Origin: an uncultured Kordiimonas sp.
GTDB taxonomy: Bacteria > Pseudomonadota > Alphaproteobacteria > Sphingomonadales > Kordiimonadaceae
Direction: 5' to 3'
DNA length: 64,000 bases
Assembly (NCBI GenBank): GCA_947492375.1
Contig: CANLMI010000002.1
Location: 185,529-249,528, forward strand
Shown: positions 11,460-21,800 of the stretch, one piece after another
How the letters are laid out: each line of letters begins with the position of its first letter
Numbering within the stretch: the first letter of the stretch is position 1
Position numbers and translations under genes: made by a program
The notes under the pieces: generated by a model
Told to the model about the DNA's origin: nothing
Database searches by the model: none
Seen by the model: only the letters and a program-made list of their open reading frames with translations

Positions 11460-12863
11460 CTACCCCATCTCTTGCAATGCTTGATATGTATCGCTCAAAC
11501 ATTCGTTAATTGCCTGAACAGTCAGATCGATTTCTCGTTCTGACACAATGAATGGCGGGCAAAGAATAAGAGCATTGCCTGCTGGCCGGATAATCAAGCC
11601 TTTCATCAAAGCGGCCTGTGATACATGATTGCACACCATACCCTCTATCGGATATTGTTCACGCGTTTTCTTATCTTTCACAAGCTCGATACCTGCCATT
11701 AATCCCTTTACGCGCACTTCACCGACAAGTGGGTGACTTTCCAATAGTTTAAGACGTTTTTCAAAATACGGCCCGATATGATCACGCACGCGTTCAACAA
11801 GCTTCTCACGCTCTAATATCTCAATATTTTTAAGGGCAATTGTACATGTAACCGGATGCGAGGATGTTGTAAAACCATGTTGGATAATACCTGCATTGGC
11901 TTCCAGAAAGCTTGCAATAGCATCAGAAGCAATCGTCGCAGCGATGGGCACATAAGCAGAAGATAGTCCTTTCGCAAGCGTAATAATATCCGGCTTGATG
12001 TCATATTCTTCAGCCATGAACCATTTGCCACCACGCCCAAAGCCTGTCACCACTTCATCCAAAATCAGTAAAACATCATATTTTTTGCAAATACGCTGCA
12101 CTTCTGGCCAGTATGTTTCAGGAGGAATTACAGCACCAAGGGCGTTCTGGATCGGTTCGCCGATAAATGCGGCCACATTTTCAGGGCCAGCCTCCAATAT
12201 CTGCTCCTCAATGGACTGAGCTGCCTTAACGCCAAAATCGTTAAGCGACATATCACCGCCAAGTCGGTACCAAAACGGCATCATAGCATGCCTGATATCT
12301 TTGCCGACTTCGATACCGAATGGTTCCTGCATTGCCTTATTGCCAGTAAGTGCAGCAGTAATAATTGAGCTACCATGATAACTATTATCGCGTGCGATAA
12401 TTACCTTCTTATTTTCCTGACCTTTCAACTTCCAATACATATGCGCGATTTTGATCGCTGTTTCATTTGCCTCAGAGCCAGAATTCGATAAAAATACGCT
12501 ATTAAATTCATCCGGGGCTAAGGACGCAATCTTCCCACAAAGGGCTGCAGCAGCAGGGTTAGATACGGCAGCAAAGCTGTGATAATAACTAAGCGTTTTA
12601 TAGGCATTCGCAGCAGTTTCAGCCATTTCAGCGTTACCATAACCAATATTAACGCATGCTAGGCCCGCCATCATATCAAGCAAACGGATACCTTGCCCAC
12701 TAACATAACAGTCCTGCGCACTATCAATTAAAAAGGGCGGCGCCTGTTTCAAAGTGCTTGGGTCAGTGAACGGATGCATATGATGTGCTTGATCAAGCCC
12801 CTGAAGGGTGGCTAACTGCGCTTGTGCATCGGCTTGATTATTTGGTTGCTGATCGGCCATCAC
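11460..12863 (-). CDS. Class-III (omega) PLP-dependent aminotransferase
   Basis: Motifs LILDEVVTGFGRGGKWF and PDIITLAKGLSSAYVPIAA (PLP lysine), 467 aa. It resembles beta-alanine/putrescine-pyruvate transaminases, but the substrate cannot be inferred. Confidence 0.85.
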   Translation of the reverse strand: MMADQQPNNQADAQAQLATLQGLDQAHHMHPFTDPSTLKQAPPFLIDSAQDCYVSGQGIRLLDMMAGLACVNIGYGNAEMAETAANAYKTLSYYHSFAAVSNPAAAALCGKIASLAPDEFNSVFLSNSGSEANETAIKIAHMYWKLKGQENKKVIIARDNSYHGSSIITAALTGNKAMQEPFGIEVGKDIRHAMMPFWYRLGGDMSLNDFGVKAAQSIEEQILEAGPENVAAFIGEPIQNALGAVIPPETYWPEVQRICKKYDVLLILDEVVTGFGRGGKWFMAEEYDIKPDIITLAKGLSSAYVPIAATIASDAIASFLEANAGIIQHGFTTSSHPVTCTIALKNIEILEREKLVERVRDHIGPYFEKRLKLLESHPLVGEVRVKGLMAGIELVKDKKTREQYPIEGMVCNHVSQAALMKGLIIRPAGNALILCPPFIVSEREIDLTVQAINECLSDTYQALQEMG

Positions 12864-12954
12864 TGTTCCCTTAACTAATATCGATACTCAACATATGGCA
12901 GCAATATCAAAGATATACCATACGAAAATACCTTAATTCATGTATTCTCAGGCG

Positions 12955-13380
12955 TTAGTCTGCTTCCACCCGGGAGTTTTTGATAAAGCTTTGCATACCT
13001 TGCTCGTCCAAAAGTTTCTGATCACGCAGAGCTGCCGCGTCGCGGATACGCTTTTGATCTTGCTCTTCGGCAATTTCATAAGTTTTCAGCTCACGGAAAG
13101 CTTCGGTAACCTCATCACGGCGCTCTTCAATTTTCTTATCTTTTTCATGGATTGCAGCTTCAAATACTGCCATTTTATAGCGAACACCACTCATGTATGC
13201 GCCGAGGCTTGAAGGTCCCACTTCTAGCGCGGCAGCATTTTGTTGCTCAGAGACTTCAATGCTTAAATCATCCATTTGCTGCACAATTGCCGCGCGCTCC
13301 TCTTCCAGAGCAACAAGCTCCCGGCGTTTTTCGTCAAGTTCCCACTTGCGAACACGTATTATACTTTGAAGGCGTGACAT
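12955..13380 (-). CDS. fliJ: Flagellar export chaperone FliJ
   Basis: 141 aa, all coiled-coil, rich in charged residues, and located directly downstream of fliI. Confidence 0.7.
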   Translation of the reverse strand: MSRLQSIIRVRKWELDEKRRELVALEEERAAIVQQMDDLSIEVSEQQNAAALEVGPSSLGAYMSGVRYKMAVFEAAIHEKDKKIEERRDEVTEAFRELKTYEIAEEQDQKRIRDAAALRDQKLLDEQGMQSFIKNSRVEAD

Positions 13381-13402
13381 TCAAAATAATCCAATCATGT
13401 GC

Positions 13403-14773
13403 CTAGTGTGGTGTATTCGCTGTATGGTCACCGTGACCATTAAGCACAGCACCTGCCGGCCCCATTTCCAGAATTTGCCGCAGCCGCGTATACCCATCAG
13501 GCAAGGAGGTATAATCCTCTTTTAACTGACTAAGGAATTCCTCAAGAAACGGATTATATTGGATGGCGGCATCCACATCTGGGTTACTACCCTGACGATA
13601 CGCCCCCAACCGGATCATTTCTTCCATATCAGCATACGTGGACATATATTTTCTGGCTTCACGAACGAGAAGGTTTTCTTCATCATTATTGCACCGTGGC
13701 ATTGTTCTGGATACAGACTTCAAAACATTGATCGCTGGATACCTTCCTCGCTCAGCAATCGCACGTTCCATCACAATATGGCCATCCAAAATACCACGTA
13801 CAGCATCTGCAACTGGCTCGTTATGATCATCACCTTCCACTAACACCGTGAATAAACCAGTAATATTGCCACCTCCTTTTGGACCCGGCCCAGCACGTTC
13901 CAATAATCGCGGGAGCTCTGTGAAAACTGTTGGTGTATAACCCTTACTGGTCGGTGGTTCACCACCAGCGAGGCCAATTTCACGCTGAGCCATCGCAAAT
14001 CGGGTCACGCTATCCATAAGGCACATGACACCAGCCCCTTGGTCGCGGAAATATTCAGATAATGTAAGTGTCAGAAAAGCAGCCTGACGGCGCATAAGTG
14101 CACTTTCATCTGATGTTGCAACGACCACTACAGATCGTGCTAACCCCTCTTCCCCTAAATCATCCTCAATAAATTCTTGAACCTCACGCCCCCGTTCACC
14201 GATCAACCCAATCACACTTACATCAGCATTTGCATACCGTGCTATCATCGACAGTAGAACCGATTTACCAACCCCTGAACCAGCAAATATGCCCATTCGC
14301 TGTCCATCACAGCAACTTATAAAACTGTTGAGCGCACGCACACCCAGGTCCATTTTCCCACCAACACGCTGGCGTGCATGTGCAGCAGGTGGGTTTGCCC
14401 GCAATAATTTCGGCTCCAGGCCATTTAAAATTGGCCCTTTACCATCAATTGGCTCGCCAAACGCATTTACAACTCGGCCGAGCCACTTTTCTGATGGAAA
14501 AACCTGTGGTTCAGAATGTGTAAGCACCGCCTTACACCCAACCCCGATGCCTTCCAATTGCGCATAAGGCATCGCAAGCGCCGTACTATGGCGAAAACCA
14601 ACCACTTCAACAGGTACTTTCCTACGATTACGGGTCTGTACTTCCAGCCTTGAGCCAATCGAAACATAGTGGCCTGCACCATCCAGCTCTACTAACAAGC
14701 CGCGCACACCAGACACTCGTCCATAATGCTGTTCAGATTTAATTCGCTCTATATCCTGAATAAGACTCTTCAT
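13403..14773 (-). CDS. fliI: Flagellum-specific ATPase FliI
   Basis: F1/T3SS ATPase fold with Walker [12 protein letters not shown], Walker [13 protein letters not shown] and [15 protein letters not shown]-like [18 protein letters not shown]. Confidence 0.95.
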   Translation of the reverse strand: MKSLIQDIERIKSEQHYGRVSGVRGLLVELDGAGHYVSIGSRLEVQTRNRRKVPVEVVGFRHSTALAMPYAQLEGIGVGCKAVLTHSEPQVFPSEKWLGRVVNAFGEPIDGKGPILNGLEPKLLRANPPAAHARQRVGGKMDLGVRALNSFISCCDGQRMGIFAGSGVGKSVLLSMIARYANADVSVIGLIGERGREVQEFIEDDLGEEGLARSVVVVATSDESALMRRQAAFLTLTLSEYFRDQGAGVMCLMDSVTRFAMAQREIGLAGGEPPTSKGYTPTVFTELPRLLERAGPGPKGGGNITGLFTVLVEGDDHNEPVADAVRGILDGHIVMERAIAERGRYPAINVLKSVSRTMPRCNNDEENLLVREARKYMSTYADMEEMIRLGAYRQGSNPDVDAAIQYNPFLEEFLSQLKEDYTSLPDGYTRLRQILEMGPAGAVLNGHGDHTANTPH

Positions 14774-14953
14774 ATGCTTCTACATTCACTCGCCTGATAA
14801 AGACCTGATAGACCCTAACACACCCAATTCAACCGGCCAAAAACTCATAATATATCTCGGGGTTTTTTCTACATTGTACGAATCTAGCCTAGAATCTTAT
14901 TCGACTCATTAGAAAACTTAGAGTCTTGAGCATTTTTTTCTTGTAAAATTTTA

Positions 14954-15027
14954 TTAACCTTGGTTAATATTAATCAAAATTAACCCTATTTGTTAAATCA
15001 TCTATTAAAAAACAAGGTTAATTTTAA
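14954..15027 (+). promoter_or_regulatory. TTAA-dense, AT-rich region upstream of ctrA (candidate autoregulatory or promoter region)
   Basis: There are eight TTAA tetramers in 74 bp, at 14954, 14964, 14970, 14980, 14993, 15005, 15018 and 15024. TTAACC/GGTTAA arms occur at 14954-14959, 14962-14967, 14980-14985 and 15016-21. The spacings are 6, 2, 6, 9, 8, 9 and 2 nt, so none is the canonical N7. Confidence 0.3.
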
Positions 15028-15073
15028 TGTTGTTGGAAGTACAAGTGGCCAATATTTTTTACGGGGAATAAAC

Positions 15074-15775
15074 ATGCGCGTTCTGTTGATCGAAGATGAT
15101 CCTACCATTACCCGCAGCATCGAGTTGATGCTTAGTTCTGAAGGTTTCAACATTTACTGCACAGACCTTGGCGAGGAGGGGCTCGACCTTGGGAAACTAT
15201 ATGATTACGATATTATCCTGCTTGATCTGAATTTACCAGACATGCATGGTTACGAAGTTTTGAAAAAATTTAGAACTGCAAAGGTAAATACACCAGTTCT
15301 TATTCTTTCTGGCCTCTCGGATATGGAAGACAAAGTGAAGGGTCTTGGCTTTGGTGCCGACGATTATCTAACCAAACCCTTCCATAAAGAAGAATTGGTT
15401 GCCCGCATTCATGCAATCATACGTCGTTCCAAAGGGCATTCACAGTCAATTATAACCACAGGGCAACTGTCGGTTAATCTTGATACTAAAACTGTTGATG
15501 TAGCAGGTTCACGTGTTCATCTTACAGGTAAAGAGTATGCTATGCTTGAGCTGTTATCGCTACGCAAAGGCAGTACGCTTACCAAGGAAATGTTCTTGAA
15601 TCATCTATATGGTGGCATCGATGAACCTGAACTGAAAATCATTGATGTTTTCATTTGTAAGCTACGTAAGAAGTTAGCCAATGCTACAAATGGGGCGAAC
15701 TATATAGAAACAGTATGGGGACGTGGCTATGTTTTACGTAACCCCGATGAAGCTGATGCAAAAGTTGCGAGCTAA
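15074..15775 (+). CDS. ctrA: Cell-cycle and flagellar response regulator CtrA (OmpR family)
   Basis: MRVLLIEDD...[18 protein letters not shown] receiver plus a winged-helix output with C-terminal [12 protein letters not shown]. It is highly CtrA-like. I chose the ATG at 15074 (preceded by GGGGA) rather than the TTG at 14990. Confidence 0.9.
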   Translation: MRVLLIEDDPTITRSIELMLSSEGFNIYCTDLGEEGLDLGKLYDYDIILLDLNLPDMHGYEVLKKFRTAKVNTPVLILSGLSDMEDKVKGLGFGADDYLTKPFHKEELVARIHAIIRRSKGHSQSIITTGQLSVNLDTKTVDVAGSRVHLTGKEYAMLELLSLRKGSTLTKEMFLNHLYGGIDEPELKIIDVFICKLRKKLANATNGANYIETVWGRGYVLRNPDEADAKVAS

Positions 15776-15803
15776 CTCTATTAAGTAACAGTTACGTTAA
15801 ATC

Positions 15804-15836
15804 AAAAAAGCACCGATTATTATCGGTGCTTTTTCT
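15804..15836. terminator. Bidirectional rho-independent terminator between convergent ctrA and cheR
   Basis: The 9-bp stem AGCACCGAT/ATCGGTGCT is flanked by an A-run upstream and a T-run downstream. Confidence 0.8.
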
Positions 15837-15850
15837 TGTCAGGTTCGATG

Positions 15851-16693
15851 TTATTGCAATCCCATAACTTCTTCAGCGTTACCATCAGAAGGCACATACA
15901 TACCCCTTTGCCCTTTTACTGGCCTAAATGCGTCGGTAATACCTAACACGGTTTCCGCAGCGCCGAGGAATAACGCCCCATCTTTACCAAGCGTTTTGCG
16001 CATGCGCTCAAGCACATCTTTTTTGGTAGGCTGCTCAAAGTAAATTAAGACATTCCGGCAGAATATTACATCAAAACTCCCCAAACCGACAAAATTACTA
16101 AGTAAGTTAAAAGGTTTAAACGTTACCATATTACGAATATCAGAATTTAACTGCCAAGCATCGCCTTCCTGGGTAAAGTTCTTTATTAGCATCTGAATAG
16201 GTAAGCCGCGCTGCACTTCAAACTGGCTATATCTGCCAGCTTTGGCCTTATCCAAGACTTCAGTAGATAAATCAGTACCCACAATTTCAATTCGCCAGTC
16301 TTGCCATTTATGCCATTGCTCTTTGAAAAGCATCGCCAGTGAATATGGCTCTTGCCCACTTGATGCTGCTGCGCACCAAACACGCAAACGCTTTTGCGCC
16401 GCACGCTCTTTATGCATGGCAGGCATTACATAATTTTTAAACAGGTCAAACGGTGTATTATCACGGAAAAAGAATGACTCGTTGGTTGTCATCGCCTCTG
16501 TGATGTCTTTCAATAAAGCTTCATCACGGCTCATGCGCACTTTTTGCACGAGGGCATCCAATCCATCCAGACCTTGCTTGCGGGCAAGTGGCGTCAATCT
16601 GCTTTCAAGCAAATATACCTTGTCAGGTGTGAGCATTAGACCTGATCGATCTTTCAAAACACCGGATATATAATTAAAATCTTCTGAGCGCAT
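15851..16693 (-). CDS. cheR: Chemotaxis protein methyltransferase CheR
   Basis: SAM-binding region RVWCAAASSGQEPYSLAM and FDVIFCRNVLIYF, within a che operon. Confidence 0.9.
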   Translation of the reverse strand: MRSEDFNYISGVLKDRSGLMLTPDKVYLLESRLTPLARKQGLDGLDALVQKVRMSRDEALLKDITEAMTTNESFFFRDNTPFDLFKNYVMPAMHKERAAQKRLRVWCAAASSGQEPYSLAMLFKEQWHKWQDWRIEIVGTDLSTEVLDKAKAGRYSQFEVQRGLPIQMLIKNFTQEGDAWQLNSDIRNMVTFKPFNLLSNFVGLGSFDVIFCRNVLIYFEQPTKKDVLERMRKTLGKDGALFLGAAETVLGITDAFRPVKGQRGMYVPSDGNAEEVMGLQ

Positions 16694-16695
16694 TA

Positions 16696-17943
16696 TTAAA
16701 GGCCTCCCTGCAACCGTTTCATGGTCGCCGCACCTATTTCATCCAATGGCAGCACTTGTGTGCATAAACCCGCTGTTGCAACAGCGCCAGGCATTCCCCA
16801 AACTACACTCGACGCTTCATCCTGAGCTAAAACAGTTCCACCAATTTTCGTTAATTCTCTAGAGCCTTTTAATCCATCATGCCCCATTCCGGTCAGGATA
16901 ACCGCGAGCATTGCATCGCCGTATATCTTGACCAAACTTCGAAACATGGGATCCACCGCAGGTTTACAAAAGTTTTCAGGCGGCTCATCAGTCAACTTAA
17001 TGACATTTTTTCCGCCTTTTTGTTCAACTTCCATATGTTTCCCGCCGGGTGCAATATAAATTTCACCAGCTCTCACATCGTCACCATCCTTACCCTCTTG
17101 AGCTGTCCAACCAGTAGACTGCGCCAAATGGTTCGCAAGAATTGAGGTAAAAGTCGCTGGCATATGCTGCGTAATTAATACCGGAACATCCGGTTTCTTA
17201 TCAAACGCAGCAAAAAACTTTAAAAGTGCTTGCGGACCACCAGTTGATGAGCCAACCGCTAATACCTTGGGCCGCTTTCTGGAGCCTGGACGAAGAGTAA
17301 TATCATCCTTGGCCGTTGACGATGCTACGTTTTCAGATGCCCCTTGACGCGCAGACGAAACATTAGCTGCTGCTGGCCGGCTTGCACTAACAAACCCAGC
17401 TGTAGCTTTACGCTCTGGCCGTACAAATCCAGCACCACTGGACGAGCCAGGCGACACACTTGCACCCGGTATAGTTTCGCCGCGTTTTTTACGACTGCGG
17501 GCTGCCCACGCTTTTACCTTTTCTACAAGTTCCCTGCGAAAATCAATACTCGCATTCACAGAACGAGCCGTTTCTGGCTTTGGAACATAATCCACTGCCC
17601 CCATTTGCATAGCACGCAAACTGATTTCGGCATTCTTTAATGTAAGTGTTGACGCCATAACAACCTGAATACCAGGTTTCTGTTTGATAATAAGCGGCAA
17701 AGCCGTCATACCATCCATTTCCGGCATTTCTATATCCAACACAACAGCTTCAATGTCATGTTGTCCAAGTTGCCTCAGAGCAACCTTTCCATTATTGGCT
17801 GTGGTAACCACATCAATATCCGAGTCTTCAGAAAGGTACCGACACAAAAAGCCACGGATAATCGCGCTATCGTCAACTACCATAACTCTATATGGCTTAC
17901 CCGGTGCAGCAGCTGCTGCAGAATTTACTGCGAAAGAATTCAC
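16696..17943 (-). CDS. cheB: Chemotaxis response regulator protein-glutamate methylesterase CheB
   Basis: An N-terminal REC domain (VMVVDDSAIIR...VVLDIEMPEMDG), a long S/A-rich linker, and a C-terminal esterase domain (GSSTGGPQAL, GMGHDG). Confidence 0.9.
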   Translation of the reverse strand: MNSFAVNSAAAAAPGKPYRVMVVDDSAIIRGFLCRYLSEDSDIDVVTTANNGKVALRQLGQHDIEAVVLDIEMPEMDGMTALPLIIKQKPGIQVVMASTLTLKNAEISLRAMQMGAVDYVPKPETARSVNASIDFRRELVEKVKAWAARSRKKRGETIPGASVSPGSSSGAGFVRPERKATAGFVSASRPAAANVSSARQGASENVASSTAKDDITLRPGSRKRPKVLAVGSSTGGPQALLKFFAAFDKKPDVPVLITQHMPATFTSILANHLAQSTGWTAQEGKDGDDVRAGEIYIAPGGKHMEVEQKGGKNVIKLTDEPPENFCKPAVDPMFRSLVKIYGDAMLAVILTGMGHDGLKGSRELTKIGGTVLAQDEASSVVWGMPGAVATAGLCTQVLPLDEIGAATMKRLQGGL

Positions 17944-17958
17944 TAAAATAACTCTACT

Positions 17959-18324
17959 CTATAACAAGCCGACTTGGGTGAACTTGGCTTCAATAATCTC
18001 ACGGTCAAATGGTTTCATTATATATTCATTTGCACCAGCTTCGATGGCTTGCCTGATATGCGACATATCATTTTCAGTTGTACAGAATACAACAATTGGC
18101 TGCTCAACGCCCTGTAAGGCACGAAGCTCGATCAGATATTCCAATCCATTCATAACCGGCATATTCCAATCAAGCAGAACAACATCCGGCATGTTTCTTT
18201 CACATGCATCCAGTGCTTCTTGGCCATCTACGGCCTCTTCAATTTCAAAATTAAGTTCTTCCAGGATTCGTCGGGCCACCTTACGTATGACCTTCGAGTC
18301 ATCAACAACCAGGCAAGATTTCAT
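17959..18324 (-). CDS. cheY: Chemotaxis response regulator CheY
   Basis: A 121-aa single REC domain with VVDDS, LLDWNMPVMNG and YIMKPF. Confidence 0.9.
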   Translation of the reverse strand: MKSCLVVDDSKVIRKVARRILEELNFEIEEAVDGQEALDACERNMPDVVLLDWNMPVMNGLEYLIELRALQGVEQPIVVFCTTENDMSHIRQAIEAGANEYIMKPFDREIIEAKFTQVGLL

Positions 18325-18372
18325 TCTAATTCTCCCAATCCGCTTCTGCGGTGAGTACTATCAAAAATAAAT

Positions 18373-18858
18373 TTATGCGGCTTTTGTATTTGTTTCAAAA
18401 GCGAGTAATTTTTCTACGTCTAAAATAGCTAAAAGCTCATTTTCTAATCGATAAATTCCCTTGCTAACATCTCTCCAGCGAGCATCTAAAGTCACTGGAT
18501 TGCGCTCAAATAATTGATCGTCAAGGGATAAGACTTCACCTACTTCATCAATTTGAAGACTATAGGGTTCATCATTATGTTCCACAACAACCGACATGCT
18601 TTTCTTTTCACCGCCAAGTGGCTCAAGGCCAAGGCGGCTTCGTAAATCAATTGCAGTGACAATCCGGCCGCGTAAATTCAACACTCCAGACACCCAATCA
18701 GCTGACAAAGGAATTTTGGTAATCTGCTGAGCATTTAAAACGTCATGTACTGCCAAAACAGGTATTCCAAGGGTTTGACCAGCCAGTTTAACAGTTACAA
18801 AATCCTGCGTCCCTGTTGTTACAACACTAAGGTCTTCGCGAACAACTAAATCGTTCAT
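18373..18858 (-). CDS. cheW: Chemotaxis coupling protein CheW
   Basis: 161-aa CheW-like domain whose start overlaps the cheA stop by 4 nt. Confidence 0.9.
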   Translation of the reverse strand: MNDLVVREDLSVVTTGTQDFVTVKLAGQTLGIPVLAVHDVLNAQQITKIPLSADWVSGVLNLRGRIVTAIDLRSRLGLEPLGGEKKSMSVVVEHNDEPYSLQIDEVGEVLSLDDQLFERNPVTLDARWRDVSKGIYRLENELLAILDVEKLLAFETNTKAA

Positions 18859-21800
18859 GCTGCATCTCCACGAATTTTAAGTTGTTGCGATAAGCTCCGC
18901 AACAGAGTTTCTTTATCGAATTTAGCAACATAATCACTAAAGCCTGCTTGCAGTCCGCGATTAACATCGCGCTCACTTGCAAGCGCTGATAATGCCACCA
19001 TTGGTATATTCTCCCAGCGGCTACCAGCTTTCACATTTTCAGCAAATTCAAAACCACTCATCTCTGGCATCTCAATATCAGAGACGATCAGATCAAACAT
19101 CACACCGTTTTCCATCAAATCAAGAGCCTCAGCTACACTGGAGACAACTTTTACGCTGTATCCTTCTACAGCTAAAACAGGTTTGAGCATATTTCTGAAA
19201 AAGTCACTATCATCTACTAGCAAAATACTAGTACCAGCAGCATGGGTAGTATCATCTGCTACTGTTCTGCTTTTTAACCATTCAGAGAATGCCCGCGATA
19301 AATAATGAGCAACATCAATAACTTCAGAAGCTTTTCCATCGATAACTGCTGAGCCAACAATACCCGGTTGATTAGAAGCAAGTTTAATATCTAATTTCTC
19401 TTCAACAATATCCAGTATCTCATCAACCGCTAACCCCATAGTGTATTCGCGGTCAGTGAATACCAGAACCTGCTGCCTGCCTTCTTTGCACAATGTCATT
19501 TCAGAGTCAGCGAACACAAGCGGCATCAACGCACCACGATATTGAACCATATGACGTCCGTCAGAAATCTCGACATTCTCAACATCAATTTCTTCAAGTC
19601 GCGCAACAAGTGAGAGCGGTACTGCTTTAGGGCTGTTCCCGCCAGCGCTGAAGACTAGCATGCTTTCACTCTCTTCACGCTCAACTTTGCGCACTTCAAG
19701 CTCTTCTTCCTCTTCTTTATGGTCGCCGCCCGCTGCATTTGCAGTCGCTGCAATTCCATTAGGATCAAGGATCATAATAACACTGCCATCACCAAGGATC
19801 GTATTACCAGAGTAGATATCAAGTTCTTTCAAGATCGGAGCAACCGGCTTAACAACGATTTCCTCCGTGTCAAATACCTGATCAACAACAATACCGAAAC
19901 TGAAGGCACCGACCTGCGCCACAACAATAAAGTCATCCGGGTTTTCACGTGCATCTGTATCTTCAGGCGTATCAAAACCTAAAACTTCATTAAGGTAAAC
20001 CAGCGGTAATAAACGATTACGAAGACGAAGAACCGGCGTATCCTTAATTTTTTCAATCTTATTGTCAGAAGTCGCATTTGCACGCACCAATTCCAATACA
20101 CTGATTTGTGGTATAGCATAACGCTCACCCTTGGCTTTGACGATCAAGCCAGCGACGATCGCAAGTGTAAGTGGTATCTTGATTTGGAAAGTTGTCCCTT
20201 TCCCTTCAATGGATACCATATCAATAGTACCACCGATCTTCTCGATATTAGAGCGAACAACGTCCATTCCCACGCCACGGCCAGAAACCGAAGTAATTTG
20301 CTCTGCTGTAGAAAAACCAGGATGGAAAATGAATTTCTGAATTTGATTGTCAGACATTTCTGCGACTTCAGAATCTGTCGCAAGCCCTTTTTCAAGGATT
20401 TTGCCTTTCAGTTTTTCAACAGGAATACCAGCGCCGTCATCCTTGATTTCCATAATAATATGGCCGCCTTCGTGGAAAGCGTTCAGAATAATGGTTCCTT
20501 GTTCAGGCTTGCCTGCTGCAATACGAACTGCTGGCATTTCGATGCCATGATCAGCGGAATTACGCACCATATGCGTTAGCGGATCTTTAATAAGCTCAAG
20601 CACTTGGCGATCAAGCTCTGTGTCAGCGCCGCGCATATCAAGTTCGATTTTCTTATCAAGTTCAACAGTAAGGTCACGAATAATACGTGGTAATTTTGCC
20701 CATGCATTACCAATCGGCTGCATGCGCGTTTTCATTACATTTTCTTGCAGCTCTGTCGTACACTGGCTAAGACGCTGCAATGGTACTGCAAGCTCTGTAT
20801 TATCCATATTACGAACAATTTGGAGAAGCTGATTTCGTGTCAAAACAAGTTCCGACACCATATTCATCAAATCTTCAAGCAGATCTACATTAACACGGAT
20901 TGACTGATTGGAACGCTTGGCTTCGGGCGCCCCTTTTGCCGCTTGCGCCCCATCAGAACTAGCTTTCTTCACCGTAGGTGCCAGCGCCTTCGAAGACGAT
21001 AAAACTGCGTCACGAACCAATTCAAATGACATAACAGCTTCATCGATTGTATCGCCGTCAACCTGACATTCTTCGAATGAGGCTTTAATAATGTCTAATA
21101 ATTCATTGAAGTTTTTATCAGCAAAGCCTGTTACCGTTACTATTTGGCGCGCAACATTTTCTGCTGTGTCCACATCATCTTTAAACAGGGAAAGCATCAA
21201 GCCAAGGAATTTAGCTTTGCGCTGTTCTTGGTTAACATCTTTGAAAAACGAGCTAATTCCAGCTGTATTCTCTAAACGATTAGCAATCATATGAGCGGCA
21301 ACAGCGATCGTATCTTCACCACCAATCCGCTCAAATAGAGGCTGTTCTGAAGATGTTGAAGAAACAGATACTGGCTCTGAAGCAGCAGCAGCTTCTTCTT
21401 CCGGACCTGGTGCATTTGCAAATGCTGCTTCCAATTCCTCCAGGCTAACTTCGCCAGGCTTCAATGAACGACCAAGAGTAGGATCGATTATTTCACCGTC
21501 AACAGTATCTTCTTCCACTTCAGGTTCTGAGGTTGCTTCAGGTGCACCACCCCCTTCAGCAATAGCATCCAAGCGGCCAATCAATTCGCTATCATCGCCA
21601 ACTGGCTCTTCTTCAGTAGCTTCGAGGCCCGCTAAAATTTCTTTAATACGGTCCAGACTTTCCAGAATAACAGTAACAGCATGTTCAGAGACCTGTAGCT
21701 CACCATCTCTAAACTTCCCCAGAACATTCTCCGAAGAATGCGCCACTGATTCTAAGCGCGGCAATCCAAGAAACCCGCATGTGCCTTTAATCGTATGCAC

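Noticed and set aside
14875-14889. A possible sigma-54 promoter for fliI on the minus strand (TGTAC-N-..GCC)
   Set aside because: The -12 GC element is not present (GT instead) and there are several other mismatches to TGGCAC-N5-TTGCA. I found no convincing -24/-12 element in any flagellar intergenic region by eye.
14990-15073. Extended N-termini offered by the ORF track, for ctrA (TTG 14990) and likewise yebC (31531), yaaA (51416), the PLP enzyme (51492), the 2Fe-2S subunit (43554), cysQ (22892) and the MerT-like gene (47310)
   Set aside because: The family-conserved N-termini begin at internal ATGs ([28 protein letters not shown] and so on), which have plausible Shine-Dalgarno sequences. 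The extensions add non-conserved residues, often from alternative start codons.
17684-18370. A 228-aa plus-strand ORF
   Set aside because: It lies entirely antisense to cheB and cheY, both of which have strong family motifs. Its translation is low-complexity and S/I-rich with no recognisable domain, so it is almost certainly a shadow ORF.
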